Shown piece by piece: positions 39,331-53,516 of a stretch of 64,000 bases of DNA (position 1 is the first letter of the stretch; every line of letters begins with the position of its first letter). The DNA is from Daphnia carinata (lineage: Eukaryota), in the NCBI RefSeq assembly GCF_022539665.2, contig NC_081332.1, forward strand, positions 3,100,001 through 3,164,000, given 5' to 3'. Made by a program: the position numbers and the translations under genes. The notes below the pieces were generated by a model. That model was not told where the DNA came from. It worked only from the letters and a program-made list of their open reading frames with translations, and did not search any database.

Positions 39331-42300
39331 TTCTATTTAACGTGAAGACGTTCCACTTCCGGACATCTTTTCGTGATCGTCGCGATGTTTCGGGATTTAG
39401 ATTTTCGGGCGGCTGTTGAACGCAATTGAATACGGGCAACGTCGTTTCGCTATAATCCTAAACACAAGCAAAAATCGAGTACGGCTGAAATCGGTTAGGC
39501 ACGACGTCATTAACATCTGATTCAACTGCCATAGAGAGAGCAACGTCGTTTATTAACAATCCACCGGGGATCGGAAAATGTGATGCCGCTGAACGCCGTC
39601 GATTTCCACGTCCTCCGGGTCTGCGTTAATCAACGACGTTCTCTTGATGGCGTACGCTCGTAAACAACACGGCGGGCGTGTTGACGGGTCTTCCCGTTAG
39701 TACAACTCGCAACGTGTAAGCCAACTAATGTTAGGCACACGGGCAGCAATTTATTATCAAACAATATTAAACTGCTGTTCGATCGTGCCGCATGTTCCAA
39801 ACTTAAAGCGCTTGTTCATTGCGCGTTACGATGCAATGTTTGCCTATGCCTATTTTGGGGGAAAAACAAAACAATGGAACGTTCGCTTCTTCGCTTTCTG
39901 TTTGTAGCTGTTGACATGGAAGAATATGATGTCAAAGCAACCAAGATCAAATGTCCGCTGTTTTACAAAGAAAACTAAAATATAAACTCATCCGGCTCAC
40001 ATCGAAAAAAAAAATAAAATACTTTTCTCCCTTCCCCCCCCCCTTTCCGTCCACTGTTCAAATGGAGAAATACGACCTCTTACCAGGAATACCAGAAGTT
40101 CACGACAGCTCCCCTTCTTCCCCCCCAAAAAACGGAAATAAAAGGAATTTTTTTTTTCTTTAAAGATAAAAAAAAGAAAAGAAATAGAACTGTACTGCAG
40201 AGGCGGAAATGTTCAGACTTGTCGAACAGGAACCAAGTACAAACAAGAGGGTTATGTTCCTCCTGTAAAGAATCACCGCATTTGGGCCTCGTCCGTTTTC
40301 TTTTTCTTAAGTGCGAAAAGATCGATAAATTCCCACACACACATACAAAAAGAAGGGCGTCGCGTAAAAGGCCACCCAGAAAAATGAAGGAAAAAAAAGA
40401 AATTGCTTTTTATTTTTTTAAACTTAATAGGAAGTGCGTCAAAAAGAAAAAACGCCCACGTACGATGCGAGTAATGCGAGACGACGTAACGTTTTTCCTT
40501 GTATTTCTGTTGATTTATTCAACATGTAAAACGGGCGACGACACCTGGGCTCACTTACTAATGTCCTAACTGTTCTGCATACATGCAAAGCAGGGGGCAC
40601 ATGTACGACAGAGAGCGACGGCTAAGTCTATTAGACGACAGGCAAAGGCAAGAAAGTGTCACCCTACTTTATCGTTCCTCCAACTCCCCCGCATTTTACG
40701 ATTAAGCACATCCACCGTTTTGAAAATCATTCAAGTCCCTCTTCAAATGTAAAGAACAAAAGAGCATCGTGCGATATCAAACGTCCACTGCCATCTATTC
40801 CAGTCATTGATCGTCTTTAAGAAAAATTAGCCCCTCCACTCGTTTGTTTACGTACGATGGAGATTAATGCAGAGCGAACGAGCAGCTGCTACAATTAAAA
40901 AAGGATAAAAGACATTTAGGCCAAAAGACTCTGCCCCCCCACTTCATCTCGAGTGGATTTCGACGGAGCAAATTGGAGTAGCGTAGAATTGTTAAAGAAA
41001 AAAAAAATGAATTTCAGTCTTACAGTCACTTCAAGTTGGGATTAAAGACTCTCCGCATTTCACCGAAGAAGGACCCGTGAAAGGGCAAAACTTTCGCTTG
41101 ATTTATTATTATCGCACATCTCGTGCAACAACAATGAGAACATAAGAAAAAGGCCACGTCTACATGTGACCGCTGCTCCGCCTCCTCTTTCCCAACTATT
41201 CAATTTATTTCATTTTTTACGACGAAAAAAAAAAAAAAACGCGTTCCAGAAAAAAGGTTTGTGCGGCTATGGAAAAGTGGTCAGCATGACGACAGGAGGG
41301 CCCCCCCCCCCTTTTTTATTCATTCATTTCTTTTTTTTTGTTAGTCCATAGCCGCTAAGGTAAGAACGTTGAGAAAGGAGCGAGACGGATGGACTGGGGG
41401 ATATCACACATTTTCAACATTGAAAGGATTTTTTTTTTTTTTTTTCAAAGCGTGGGACACCTCTGCTATAGTTAGAAGCCAAAAAAAAAAAAAATGGACA
41501 ATAGTCAAACTAGTTTGAAACGGGAATGTGCGAAAGAATTTCAGTTATGGGCTGTCAGTGAAACGGGCGGCATACAAATTTTTTCCTTTTTTTTTTTCTC
41601 TCTCCTCATTATTACAATCGATGCGAGGTGAAATTCTGAAGAGAGGGAGGCACAAGAAAAATGTGTTACATTTTCACGCCTTCCGGATTGAAAAAGGTAA
41701 CAAGAGAACAAGAAAACATGAAATGATTCAAACACGAGTAAAACGTAAGAATAGACGATCCAAAATGGGGATACGTACTAATGGCAGTAAACGATGGAAT
41801 GTGAATAAAAAAAAATAAAAAAAAAAAAAAAAGAGAAAAAGGTTTGAACATTCCCGCCTACCTACTTGACACCCAAAATGGCTGCCAAAGAAAAAAAAAA
41901 AATCGAAGGGCCTCTTTAGAAACCGCGTAAGATCCAACTGTAATCGACTATTGAAAAACTAACAAAAGAAAACAACTACCGTTTTTATTTCATTTTTTTT
42001 TTTTGCCGCTCTTTTGCTATTTAAAAGTGAATGGCGCATCATCGTGTCGTGTGCCCACCATCACCAGACACGCACGCAGACAATCAGCGTGATTCGATTC
42101 AGGCGGCGCTCGCGATCGCAGATTTGGGAGGGCCGATAAAAAAAAAAAAATGCGTGTTCCAAAGCAAGCGCTAGTCTTCCCCTTCAACGGGACTCGTACG
42201 ATCCAATCTCGCTGGTGAATATAAATAAGAATAACGATCTTCATTCGAGTGACGTCAATGAGTCCCTTCGCCGTTTTTGCAATCAGTTTGGTAAAACCGG

Positions 42301-44578
42301 GAGCGCCCCCCCCTCTTCAAAAAAAAAAGAAAAAAAAAAGGGGAAGAACCATTTTCAATTTGGGTAAGGAAACGGAGCATCTATTTTGACTGGCGAACAT
42401 TATAAATCAAGTATGCAGAGCGCATACCATCGACGACTTGATCCCGAAGATCTCCTCCTTGCTCCCCTCTTATTTATATTGGATAGAACGACGAGGGATG
42501 GGTTAAAGTAAAAACAAAAGTAATCCCCGTTTCCCTTTTTTATTGCCAACCGTCCTCTCCACCCACCTCTCCCTCCCAGAAAAGATCGTGTGTCATGGTT
42601 ACAAATAAATCGTGATTCGCACATCTTTCTCGACTTGACTCACGAAGCGTGAGACGGCAAAGGATATTACAATTATCGACGAAACTATAAATAATGATCT
42701 TTTATTTCTCTCTCTCTTTGTGGAAAGTAAAAGCAAAAAAAAAAAAAATAATAATAATAATAAAGAAAGGCTTCTTGTTTTCAAACTAATCTATTGATAC
42801 ATATTATTTCGGCTTCGCTCCCCTCCCCAATGTGTCGTAATCGATTGTGTGTGTGTGTACGCAAAAGTCATCCCTTTCGATGTTACTCCGTGTCTTATGA
42901 AATAATCGGCTTTAGAGAAACGTCTTTTCTACACGCTCGCTGTACGGGTAAGGAAAAACGTTAAACCCATTTACAAAAAAAAAAAAAGAGAGAGGGGGAG
43001 AGACGAGCAAGAGACGGCCAACGGTGCCAGTGCAGCTAATGGTTTTAAACTGGCCGTCTCTTGTTGGAATCGTACAAAGATGGCGAACAATAGGGTGTTT
43101 AATACTACAAAGAAAAAGCGGAAAAAAGAGGAAGTCGTAATAAATGATACAAAAATTGAGAGGAAAAAAAAAATGCATGACAAAAGAAAAAAACGGCGCA
43201 AAAAAATGGAATTGATCGAAATCTCCCCTCTACTTTCCCAAACGGATTAGTCAACTCAAAAAAAATAAAATAAAATAAATATTACGAGCAGCGGATACAG
43301 CAGACAAAACCCCACGGACAATTGGTAAAAATAAAATTAGATCCTCTCCTTCCTGATATTAAAACATCCGGCTTTTCTCGTTGATAAGCTGAATTGCATT
43401 TCATATTTCATTTTCAAACTTCCCTATTCAAAGTTTCCACAGCCACAAAGTTTTCTATTTTTCCTTAAAAGCCAATCAACAACCAGTGGAGGGCCGTGTA
43501 CCGCGTTACTCATGTTCAGCCCGTTCCGAAGCTGACACAGATGCATCCCAACGGGCACTGGAACGCCGAGTCATCAGTCTTGTATGCGATACGTGGAAAA
43601 CAGACGAAAAGAACCCCAGAGACTACCAACCCTAGAGCATCTCGGAACCCTATCTTTATCTCTCTCTCTCTCTCTCTCTCCGTTTCTTTTTACACGTCTA
43701 CCGTGTCCGCACCATCTACATCTAGCAGGATGTAATATTCATGACGTGAAAACAGAGTACCCCATGCCTATGTACACCGTTACGCTTACGCATTCTCTTA
43801 AGCAACATTGCCGGCCCGATTCCTAAAGGCGTTATCAATATAGATTGCATGCATGTAAATCCAGCAGCACGAAATGTTGAGTAGAAAGAGACGGGATGAT
43901 GGGAAATTCATGAATAAAGAAACGTCGCACTCTTCCTCTGTTTTTGCTACCGGTACTTTTTTTTTTCTTTCGTAATGTTCTTACGGTAAGCCGATGATGC
44001 CTTGCCGACGCAGCAAAATAGGGCATTCATTATTAAGCAAACAAATCTTCTTTGAAATGATGCTGCATGTTTTAGTCGCATTCGGGATCAAAGGGGAAAC
44101 AAGCAAGCGATTTTAAATGAAACATGTGGCCTTAAATCCACGTCAATGTCGCGTATCAACGAGGCAATAATCGTGTCAAGAGTTCCAAATGTTGTGACCA
44201 AGTTTGATTGGTGTGACGGGGGAAAAAAAATGGATGGAGGAAACCGTAGGATGTGGATGTACGGCAATAATGCATCGTACAACCCGATTGGATTGACGCG
44301 GAGCTTTCAAATCCTTCGACAACGGCGACAACAAAATAAGGTTTCGAAGACCGCAAATATAAAATATAACGGGAATGACGTCAACAGGATGTTGTGCAGC
44401 TTTGTGTGGTGACAGGACGCCATTATGCCATTCAATGTGGGAAATCAAAGGAGATGAGATTAAACTCATAAACAGCGACTTAAACAGCGCGTTGCAACAA
44501 GGAAAATTCCCATTCAAGGTAAATCAAAACATCCAACATTGTTGGTTTTTACATTAAATCCGAAGCTCCCATAACATG

Positions 44579-44592
44579 GTGCCACCTAGCGG
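44579..44592. promoter_or_regulatory. Candidate CTCF-binding site
   Basis: GTGCCACCTAGCGG fits the reverse complement of the recalled CTCF core CCRYYAGRKGGCRC at all 14 positions. Confidence 0.45.
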
Positions 44593-47382
44593 TCAGTCAG
44601 GTAACCGCTACGATTGAGCACAGTAAAAAAGTGAATGAAAGAAAAAAAGAACTCAGAGGCTGTATGGTAATCCATTTTTACTGACATTGAAGTTTGAAAA
44701 AAAAATGTAAGTCGGAGAAATTTCAAATAGATGGCAATCTAGAGTGCTTCTAAAAGCACTCCTCATATTAATGTAGATTGATTGCGAAATGTAACCGCCC
44801 ATCTTGAACTTCCAGTCACTTACGTCAAAATTCAAATTATTTCTAAAGCCGTCCTTGACTTTGTAACAACGTGATATTTGCAGACAGGAAGATTAAAAAC
44901 AAAAAGGAAAAATTTTCTTTTTTTTTTACACCGTCTCGCCCAAGAGAAAAAAAAAAGAACGTGACCTCTACCGCAAACGACATTAGATGCCGCTGAGAGA
45001 GGAGCCAAAAATACCGAACCCTCCTATTTGTTAATTCCGCATTATTTTAATAAATAATTCATTTTCCTTTTGCAAACAAATCCGGTACGGAATTTAAAAA
45101 AAAAAACAAAAAAACGTTCGAGGAGTCACGTCGCATTCGAAAAATGCTATCGAACACCCGACCCGAGTCATGGCCTGAAATAAACGTTTTCCATCTCTCT
45201 CTCCCAACAAAAATAATAAAAAAAAAAAAAGCTTGGCAACGCACGAAGCCAAATTTGCATGACAACTACTCCCTTCGACTGCAAAAATTACGGATGAAAC
45301 CAAGGTTGCATTCTTCCCAAACGCCTACACGCCTATAGGTATTCATTATTTCATATGCAGCTGCAAAACCCTTCCGATGTTCAAATCCTCTTTTCTTCCG
45401 CTTTCCCCCCGTTTGGCGTATGTCTTTTTTTATTATTTGCAACAAAACGTCATCCTTTTCGACTTTAAAGAAGTCTTCAGCGAAACCGCAAGAAAAATAA
45501 AAATTAATGATTTTTATTTATCTTTTTTTTTTTTTTTTTTATAAAGAACTCGAGTCGAAATTTTTTAAACGGTACAGCTTTAGATGTAACGAGTAGTTGA
45601 AAGTGCTGTGTGCTTTTTATCTCGGAAACCTTAGTCAGATATTGCATTAGAAAGGTTGGAACACGTTTTACCAAGAAAACGCGCAATTCATTATCGCATT
45701 AAAAGCATTTTTGAAAAAACCTTTTTCAATCGACTGAGTTTTTCTGGCGTTAGCCGACGCGCAGTAAATTACAACGAACAAAAACCCGCATTGAATGACG
45801 CAGTTGGCGTATTTTCCGTGAAAAGAGAAATGAGAAAATTGTTGAAGAAAATGAGAAACCGAATCCACTATCACGACACACAACACAGCCCAACGGCTAA
45901 TGTACAAAAAAATAAATAAACTAAATATAATTTAAACAAAAAAAAAAAAACCTGGCTGCTGACAGGTAATACATTATCAGTATAGGATGTCGCCCCTGAA
46001 CGCGCATCTTTTAAACGATGACGACATTTTAGTAGGAATTATCCAGCGTGAAGCGGATTCCCAGAAATAAACATGCGGTAAGAGAACAAGAAAAAAACAA
46101 AAAAACAAGTGCGCAATAAAATCGATTCGACATCGCTGATAAGAATCGCAGCTCTGCACGAAATCGAATTGCATTTGGCAGGCTTGAAAATATCTGGCCG
46201 CGATCATCAAACAAAGTCCGATAGACCTATCTCTATATCTTCTATACCGTGACATTGGCGCTGTCATAAATCAAAATGGAATTCACGCAACTATCAACAT
46301 GCCTACCTGTCGCACAAAGAGACAGAAAAAATGGGCAAAAGAAACCGACCCGTTGGATTTGAAACAAAAGAATTGTTTTTCGAAAAACCCTAGTGGCAAA
46401 AAAAAAAATCAGGTGGATCAAATGTTACGATAAAGTTGAATGCAACTAGAGGACTCTCTTTTTCACCTGAATTGTCACGTTGGAAAAAGGCAGGGAAAGG
46501 CGGGAATCGAGTGTAAGGATGAGATAACATGGCGTACCTTTCTGCCATTTTTAATCGAAAGTTCAAGGCTTCAGGTGTGCCTGCGCAGCAGATTACTCTC
46601 AACAAACGAACACGAAACGCAGGTACGTCAGTGGAAATCTTAAGTTCTCAACGTCCTTTTCCTTTTGCAAACCAAAACTAAACATCAAATCAAACATACA
46701 TAAAAAAAAAAAAAAAAAAAGAGAAAAGAAAAGAAAAGTAGCTATTTCTGTAGTTCGACTGATGACGAGTGATTGAACGAATTGCGATGACAGTCGGTAC
46801 ATTTTTCAGCATCGTCACGCTACTGGCTGCTTCCAAAGTCAGGCCATTACAGATAGCACTTGGCAAGACATGCATCAGTGCTCTTTCTCTGCCTTCGGAA
46901 TTCGTTCAAACTATTTCAACAATCCCGAAAATAGTCTACATGGCCTTTTCTGTGGGTTAACAAATGAAAAAGAGCCTTCCCATTTGTTCTATTTGAATAA
47001 GAACTTCAAAATGTAGAATAGGTCGACTTTGTTTTCATCTGTTCTCACCATTGACATCCCTGACTGTGTTTAAATCAAATCCCACATTGTGTGGCGAAGA
47101 GAGCTCGTTTATCAAATCGAATCCCGTGAATACTGCAAACGTCATGATTGGAAAATTTACATAAAGGCAACAACACGTTCGAGCAGCAGGGATCACGAAG
47201 AAGGTGGGAACGGGCGAAAAGATTAGTTTCACAAAAAGCAAACTAACTCTTTTGGCTTTCTACCACGCCCTCGCGTCACAAACATTTTTTTTTTTAAATT
47301 CTATTTTCCCATTTTAAAATCTTCTTTTAAATTGTGATTTAAAAAAAAAATGTATTTTATTACAGCGTCGGCGTCGAATAGG

Positions 47383-50300
47383 ATGAAACTCCGTTGGATC
47401 AATCTAACCTTTCAGTCTCGTCTTTACATTCTCTCTCTCACGATCGCATTGGCTGTCTGCTCAATTGGTAAAAAAAAAACTGCACTTCTTTTATCGTTTA
47501 GGATGCATAGATTTAATTTCCCCCCTTTTTCTTTACGACATTGTTAAAAAAAGAAAAAGGGAAGAATGAAACAAAAGAAAACTAAGAGGTTACAGTTTTT
47601 ACGAGTTCGTAAAAACGGGACCTCTTCACAGTTATTCCTTTCGTTTTACAGAGCATTCTTCTAGCGTTCCCATTGACTCGATTTCCTCGGCTTCGTTAGA
47701 GAAATGATTTCGATAACACGGCGTTTCGCTTAAATTGGCCTGAATAGTTTTGCACTGCGTCTAATCACTTTAACAAGTCATTAAACGAAAAGGCAACGTC
47801 TCGTCAAATCGCACGGCGAAGAGGGGAAAAGAAAATGAGATTGCATTCCGATATTTTTGCCGACAGCATTTGTTTGGAGCGCCTTGAAAAGCTTAAAAAT
47901 ATCCAGATTAAATTGCACACTAGCTGAATAACTTTCGTTGATTATTCAACTAATTTTTACGAAGCTTTTTTTCACTGCCAATGTTACGGATCTTTTGGTT
48001 ACAATTATAAATTCTTATCTCCGAAATAGACGGCTCGTCCTCGGCAATAACAAGTCCTTGAAATTCAAATGTCAACCATAAAAAATTCGAAATGTTACGA
48101 TCGACTATTCTTCTCGGTGGTCGGGTTAATTTTATTCAGGGCGCTCTACAAGAATATCAGCAAAAGTTTCGCAATGGCAATTGTGCTTATTTATATTTTT
48201 ATGGCATTGTAAAAAAAAAAAGAAGAAAAAGAAAAAGAAAATGTTCAAATAATAAATCACAGATGGACGCAATGATAGCGATTTAATCGGCAATTTCAAC
48301 CACACCCCTTCAGCGATTTTCCTCAACTTCACTACAGAACACTGGAATGCCAACGAAACGGACGGTAAGATTGCAATCGCCTGCATAATCTTTAAAACAT
48401 TTAAAGACTTTTCTTCTCTAATGTTCCGAAACAATTCCATTTTAACTAAAACTTAAACAAATACAACAAGAAAATGTTTTTTTTTTTTTTTTAGGAACTG
48501 ACACCAACACAAATGTAACGAGCGAGATGTACTCAGGAAACTACTCGTTCAATCATCACACGAGCGAATCACCTAGTCCTGCTAGCGTTACACATGCGAA
48601 CGCTACCACAACGAGGGGCATAACTCTAAGATATCAAGGTGAATCAATCAGTGAAAGTCAAGTTGCCTTTGTGGGTCGTAGAAGAAAAGACATTTCGAAA
48701 AAGAACCTGACTTTGTTGGTATTGCAGAGCTAGAAAATAGGAACTCTACGATGGACTTTAATGATTCCACGACATGGGCGCCAGTTTCTACATCAATTTC
48801 TCAATCAGTCTACAATCAAACGAGCGCGTTCATGAAAACTACCTCGACAACCCAAGCGGCTGGCCATCTGAGTAGTTTCCGTGAAGGTATATGTTAAAGG
48901 CGACGATAATTAGAATCGCATGAATATTTTGGATGAAAACAAAAAAAAATTCGTGTTCAGGAAATTCTTCCACGAAGCCTTGGTTTCCACATTCTACTGT
49001 TGCAGTACTTAATTCAAATTCAACCAGAAACCGCCAAAAGGGAAGCGCGTCATTGCCGTTTTCTTTGCACGCAAGTGAAATTTCCACACCGAAATACGGA
49101 AACAAATTGAACAGAACCAAACCGGAATTTCGGAATACGACGCGAAATCCAGAAATTTCCGGTAACGTGAAAAAAAGAAAACATGCAAATAAGCACTTTG
49201 TCCTGAAATACTGTTTCCCCACCCAGACAGGAGCAATTATTCATCTTTGCCGTTGAACACAACACCTCAAAATGTGAACAGGAAAAAGCTGAGATAAAAC
49301 AAAATTACAAAAACAAAAACAAAAACAAAAAAAAAAACGCCAAAAAAATGTACGGAACTAATATGCGCTCTTTCGAACTTGTTTCCATATTATAATAGCT
49401 TTGGGGATTTCCATTCCATAACGCTACGAGCGAGACCTTCAACTCAAGTCAAACTACTATTTCACCTGCTACTGCTACTGCTACCCTGTCGTCGCTATGG
49501 CCAAGCACTGCCCGTCCTTCTGCTCAAGAGTTCCTTACCGGCCCGCCTTTACAACACCAGTATTTTTTTTTTTTTCTTTTCTTTACGTTTTCACGAACGC
49601 ACAACGAAAAGAGGCATCTCGTGCATTCTCTTGTTGTGCGCAGATTCTCATCAAAGTTCGAACGCCAAAAACCTTGGAAAAGGTCCGACACTCCGACAGC
49701 CCATGGGCAAAATCATTTCAATTCGATCGTCAACGTCAAAGTGGATTCCAGCGCCGAGACCTTGGACAAAATGATTCGTCTCGAAGCAACGGTTTGTTTA
49801 AACGCTTTTCCAACATGATTTCCAATTGAACCTTCAAAGCGTAAAGTAATAATAAGCACCTGCCACGTTTCGTTTCATATATAAAGATCTCAAAGAAAAT
49901 GAACGAGATGGAGAAGCTGGCAAAAACGTTGGCGGGAGATTTGAAATTGAGATTGAATCGCCTCGAAGAAGTGATCCAGTTGCGCAGTACAGAAACACGA
50001 CGGGCGATTGCCGACGTCCAGGAAGTGAAACAACATCTCGTATCTCTCATCGACATCAAAAGTCAAACACTCGAGACGAAATTGAAAGAATTCAAATGCG
50101 GCCATCAGGGCGCGGATAACGCCCATACGACTAACGAGCCGATCACGTCCGCGATATGGGAATTGAGAAATTTGCCTACAATTCAACAACCACCCAAGGT
50201 AGAAGGAAGAGATTTGGATAGCAATAAGGATGGTCTAGCCGAATGGCGAGGTGAGTAACCCTTCCCTTCTTCCCTTTGCTTCTTCGTGGTTGTTAAACTG

Positions 50301-50418
50301 GAAACATTTGTATTCAGCAAAGCGCACAAAGTTGATGGAGAGATGGGAAAGCAATTTTCAAAGGGGCTTTTCACGCCAAAGGAAGTTGACTAAAAGATCT
50401 ACTCACAACCTGTCGTAA
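47383..50418 (+). CDS. Hypothetical secreted N-glycan/Ser/Thr-rich protein with C-terminal coiled coil, ~503 aa, 10 exons
   Basis: Exons 47383-47467, 48263-48364, 48495-48638, 48728-48886, 48961-49161, 49227-49273, 49399-49559, 49644-49791, 49887-50250 and 50318-50418. All junctions are GT-AG and phase-compatible, giving 1512 nt open. Signal-like MKLRWINLTFQSRLYILSLTIALAVCSI; ~18 NxS/T sequons; heptad-like segment TLDKMIRLEATISKKMNEMEKLAKTLAGDLKLRLNRLEE. Confidence 0.7.
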
Positions 50419-53400
50419 AAAAAGAAAAAAAAAAGAAGTGCGTACCTTTTTCTTCATCGTTTCATTTATCGCCGCGTTCCTCTACTTTATTTTTTTTTTT
50501 ACGTGCCTGCGTGCAATGGCTTTCAATAATTTAAGTCCATTTAAAACGTCATATACATATATTGTTTAAATGTTCCTTAACTTTATATCGGCCATGCAAT
50601 CTTATGACTTTATTCACACTCCCCCCCCCCAAAAAAAAAAAAAATCTGAAACGGGTAGGGGAAAAAAGGAAACAACGTTTTGCTCCACTAGGCAGGTGGT
50701 GCGTGTGTAATCTCCCATTTAAGATCCACAGCAGCCAACAGAGCAAAACGGAAGCGTTCAGCTACATTGTAGATTGTGACACCTGTACAAAGTGTTTCGG
50801 ATAACGGTCGTCTTCACTCTACAGAGGTTTCAACAAACAGGCCACGCAAACGTATTTGCCAAAAGGCGGAAAATTACCAACATTTTGTTTGCAACTGTTG
50901 TTATTACGATGTGGTCTAGAATTTACGAAACAAACACGAGAAAAACGGGTAGAAATCGCTGGCTGGCTTTCGCCAAAGGCAAAATGGCGCGACTAGAAGC
51001 CATCAACAAATCGTCCGTCTCGCCCAACAACAACCACTAGCCCCTCAGCTGTTTAAAACGAACGCTGGGCAAACCAAAAAGGATTTCCTAAGCCGCTACA
51101 TAAAAATAAAAAAAAAGCTGATTGAACAACAAGCCTACACGGGGAAACGAGGCACGAATCAAGTGAGCTGCTGATTGGACAATTACGACATGTTTAACGC
51201 CCACGAAAATACAAAAAGTTCAAATTATTTATTTTGAAAAAAGAGGTTCAAAAAAAAAACAAAAACGAACGTTTAACGGAGTTTAAGGTTTAAATCAACA
51301 GTTTGTTACGGGTAAATGAAACGCCAATGAATCGATTCAGTTAAGCGCAAAGCTAACGGTGCGTTCAATGAAAATTCGTTTCTACAACATTCTCGATTAC
51401 GATCGGAGGGGAATGAAAGGGGAACATTAAGTCAAATTCAACCAGTATTTATTGGATTCGGGTTGGACAATGGAATGTGGCAATGACTGCTGCTACCGCC
51501 GAGCAAATCAATTTTTAAGGTCACGTTTTAAAAAGTCATATGCTTCAAAAAGAAAACAAAAAAAAAATGAACGGAACGCGCAACTTTCTCTGACCGAAAT
51601 AGTCGACTTACAAACCATGGCTAACTAAGAAAAATGTGCGTAATAAACAAAAATAAAACGCCACGTTTTCTATAGTTAATTTTTTTTTTTGCATTCGACT
51701 GGCCTACTTTGCTATCAAATTTTTGGCAAAATAAGGTTATGTTGGGCAAAGAGACAACGGCACTATCATACCGCCTGAATTCGAAATACATTTATCAAGA
51801 TGTCGGCGACGGTGACCTAGACTTGAGACGGCTCGTGTCGCTGCGATACTTGGCACTCGTTAAGAAGCGAAAATCCCGTCTAACTCGCTCTGCGCACGCG
51901 GTCATTTTCTTGCACACCCCACAATAGCACCGAATGAAAATAATAATAAAAAAAAAAAATACAACAAAAACCCGTAGTGCCTTTTGTTTCGATGCCGTTA
52001 ACGTTCGACTTAGAACGGATTGCGCAAACAGGTTCTGACGAAAAGAAAAATGAGAAACAGCGGACGCATCGGATGTAGAGAAAAAATTTTTTTAGACAAG
52101 AGTCGATATCAAAATTATTTCAAGAAAAACATTCTTTGAGTCGATTGAGCGCGAGTACTCGTCAAAAAGTTTGGGCATTAAATCATTCCTTGGAAACGAG
52201 AAAAATACTGGAGGAAAGATAATGAGTCCCTTTTGAATACAAAAAAAAAAAAGAAATTGTGAAGAATGATGGAGACTTCGAGTAGAAAAAATCATCTTTA
52301 AACAAGACGGAACGCGCGTGAATGTGAACGAAATGAAGCCGTCTTTTCTTGTTTGAAGAGACAGTTATGCATAAAAACAAACAAATCCCTTAAAAAGGAA
52401 ATGGAAACTACTGGCTGATAAGGACAATCAGATCACGATTTGTTTTGAATTAATGAATAACTTGAGGACAAAACAGGTTTCTTATGCCAACCAAAATGAA
52501 AAAGAAACCTCCAAGAAAAAAGAAAAGAAACTAGCACACCGAACACGTTACACTATTTACGTGTGTAACCTGGTAACCTTTTGGAATCTTTCACCAACAA
52601 TCAAAACCAAACCGATAACCGACCCGAAGCGAAAACAAAAAAAGTGTTTTGCAAACCTGCAGCAAGGGCAGGTGAATGTATTGCAGGTGAGGCGAAACGT
52701 TAGTTTTCTTCTTTTTTTTTTCTTGACGACACAACGAGAGAGTTCTTTTTATCATCACCCAGCCCAATCAAATCACTAGAACATTGTTGTTTTTTTTTTA
52801 TATCTTTCGCTCATTGTTTTGTTTATATGCATAAAGAGTGGAGGAGAGTAAAAAAAAAAAGCTAATCGTGACAGAGGAAGGGAGTCTGCCATGAACAAAA
52901 ACTTGAATGGCGACGACGACAAAAAAAAAATAGGGACGTAACAGCAACAATGAAAAATGCGTTTGGAGGGTGAAAAAAAAAAAGGGTAGCCAAAAAAAGC
53001 GATACCTAAAGCGATATGTGACACAGCATGCGGTCAGATTTTAAGGTGAGATAAAACCGTTTCTTTTTAGCCTCCTCCTTACACTCGAGGCTATTGAGTT
53101 TCAAACGAAAAAAAAAAAAATTTGTTTTCTCAACGTACCGAAAAAACAAGTCCAATTCACAGAGAATCCTTCCCGCGCGATGAGGAAGTCGAAAAACCCA
53201 ATTTTTTTTACACGCCTATTGAGTTTCGCTGCGAACGCCGAAGGGCCCTCCAAAAAAACATAACATAACACACACAAAAAAGGGGGAGAGATTGTCAAGT
53301 CAGCCGGAGCAAATAAAAATCGGTTTTGCATGAATAGGAAGTCTATCCGACCCAACATTCCAAAAAAAAAACAAAAAAAAACGAGCCGCGAGAGAGGGGG

Positions 53401-53516
53401 AAAAAAAACGGGTAGATAACGATGAAAATAAAAACCGCGAGATGTTGCGTGTAGTGTGTGATGGCGTGTAAGAGCGTGTCAAATGCAGATCATCATGGAC
53501 GAAAAACACGGTTCGA

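Noticed and set aside
46787..47164. Second signal-peptide-like ORF (MTVGTFFSIVTLLAASK...) and a following exon-like segment
   Set aside because: Needs a GC donor and ends quickly in a stop; cannot be supported without RNA data.
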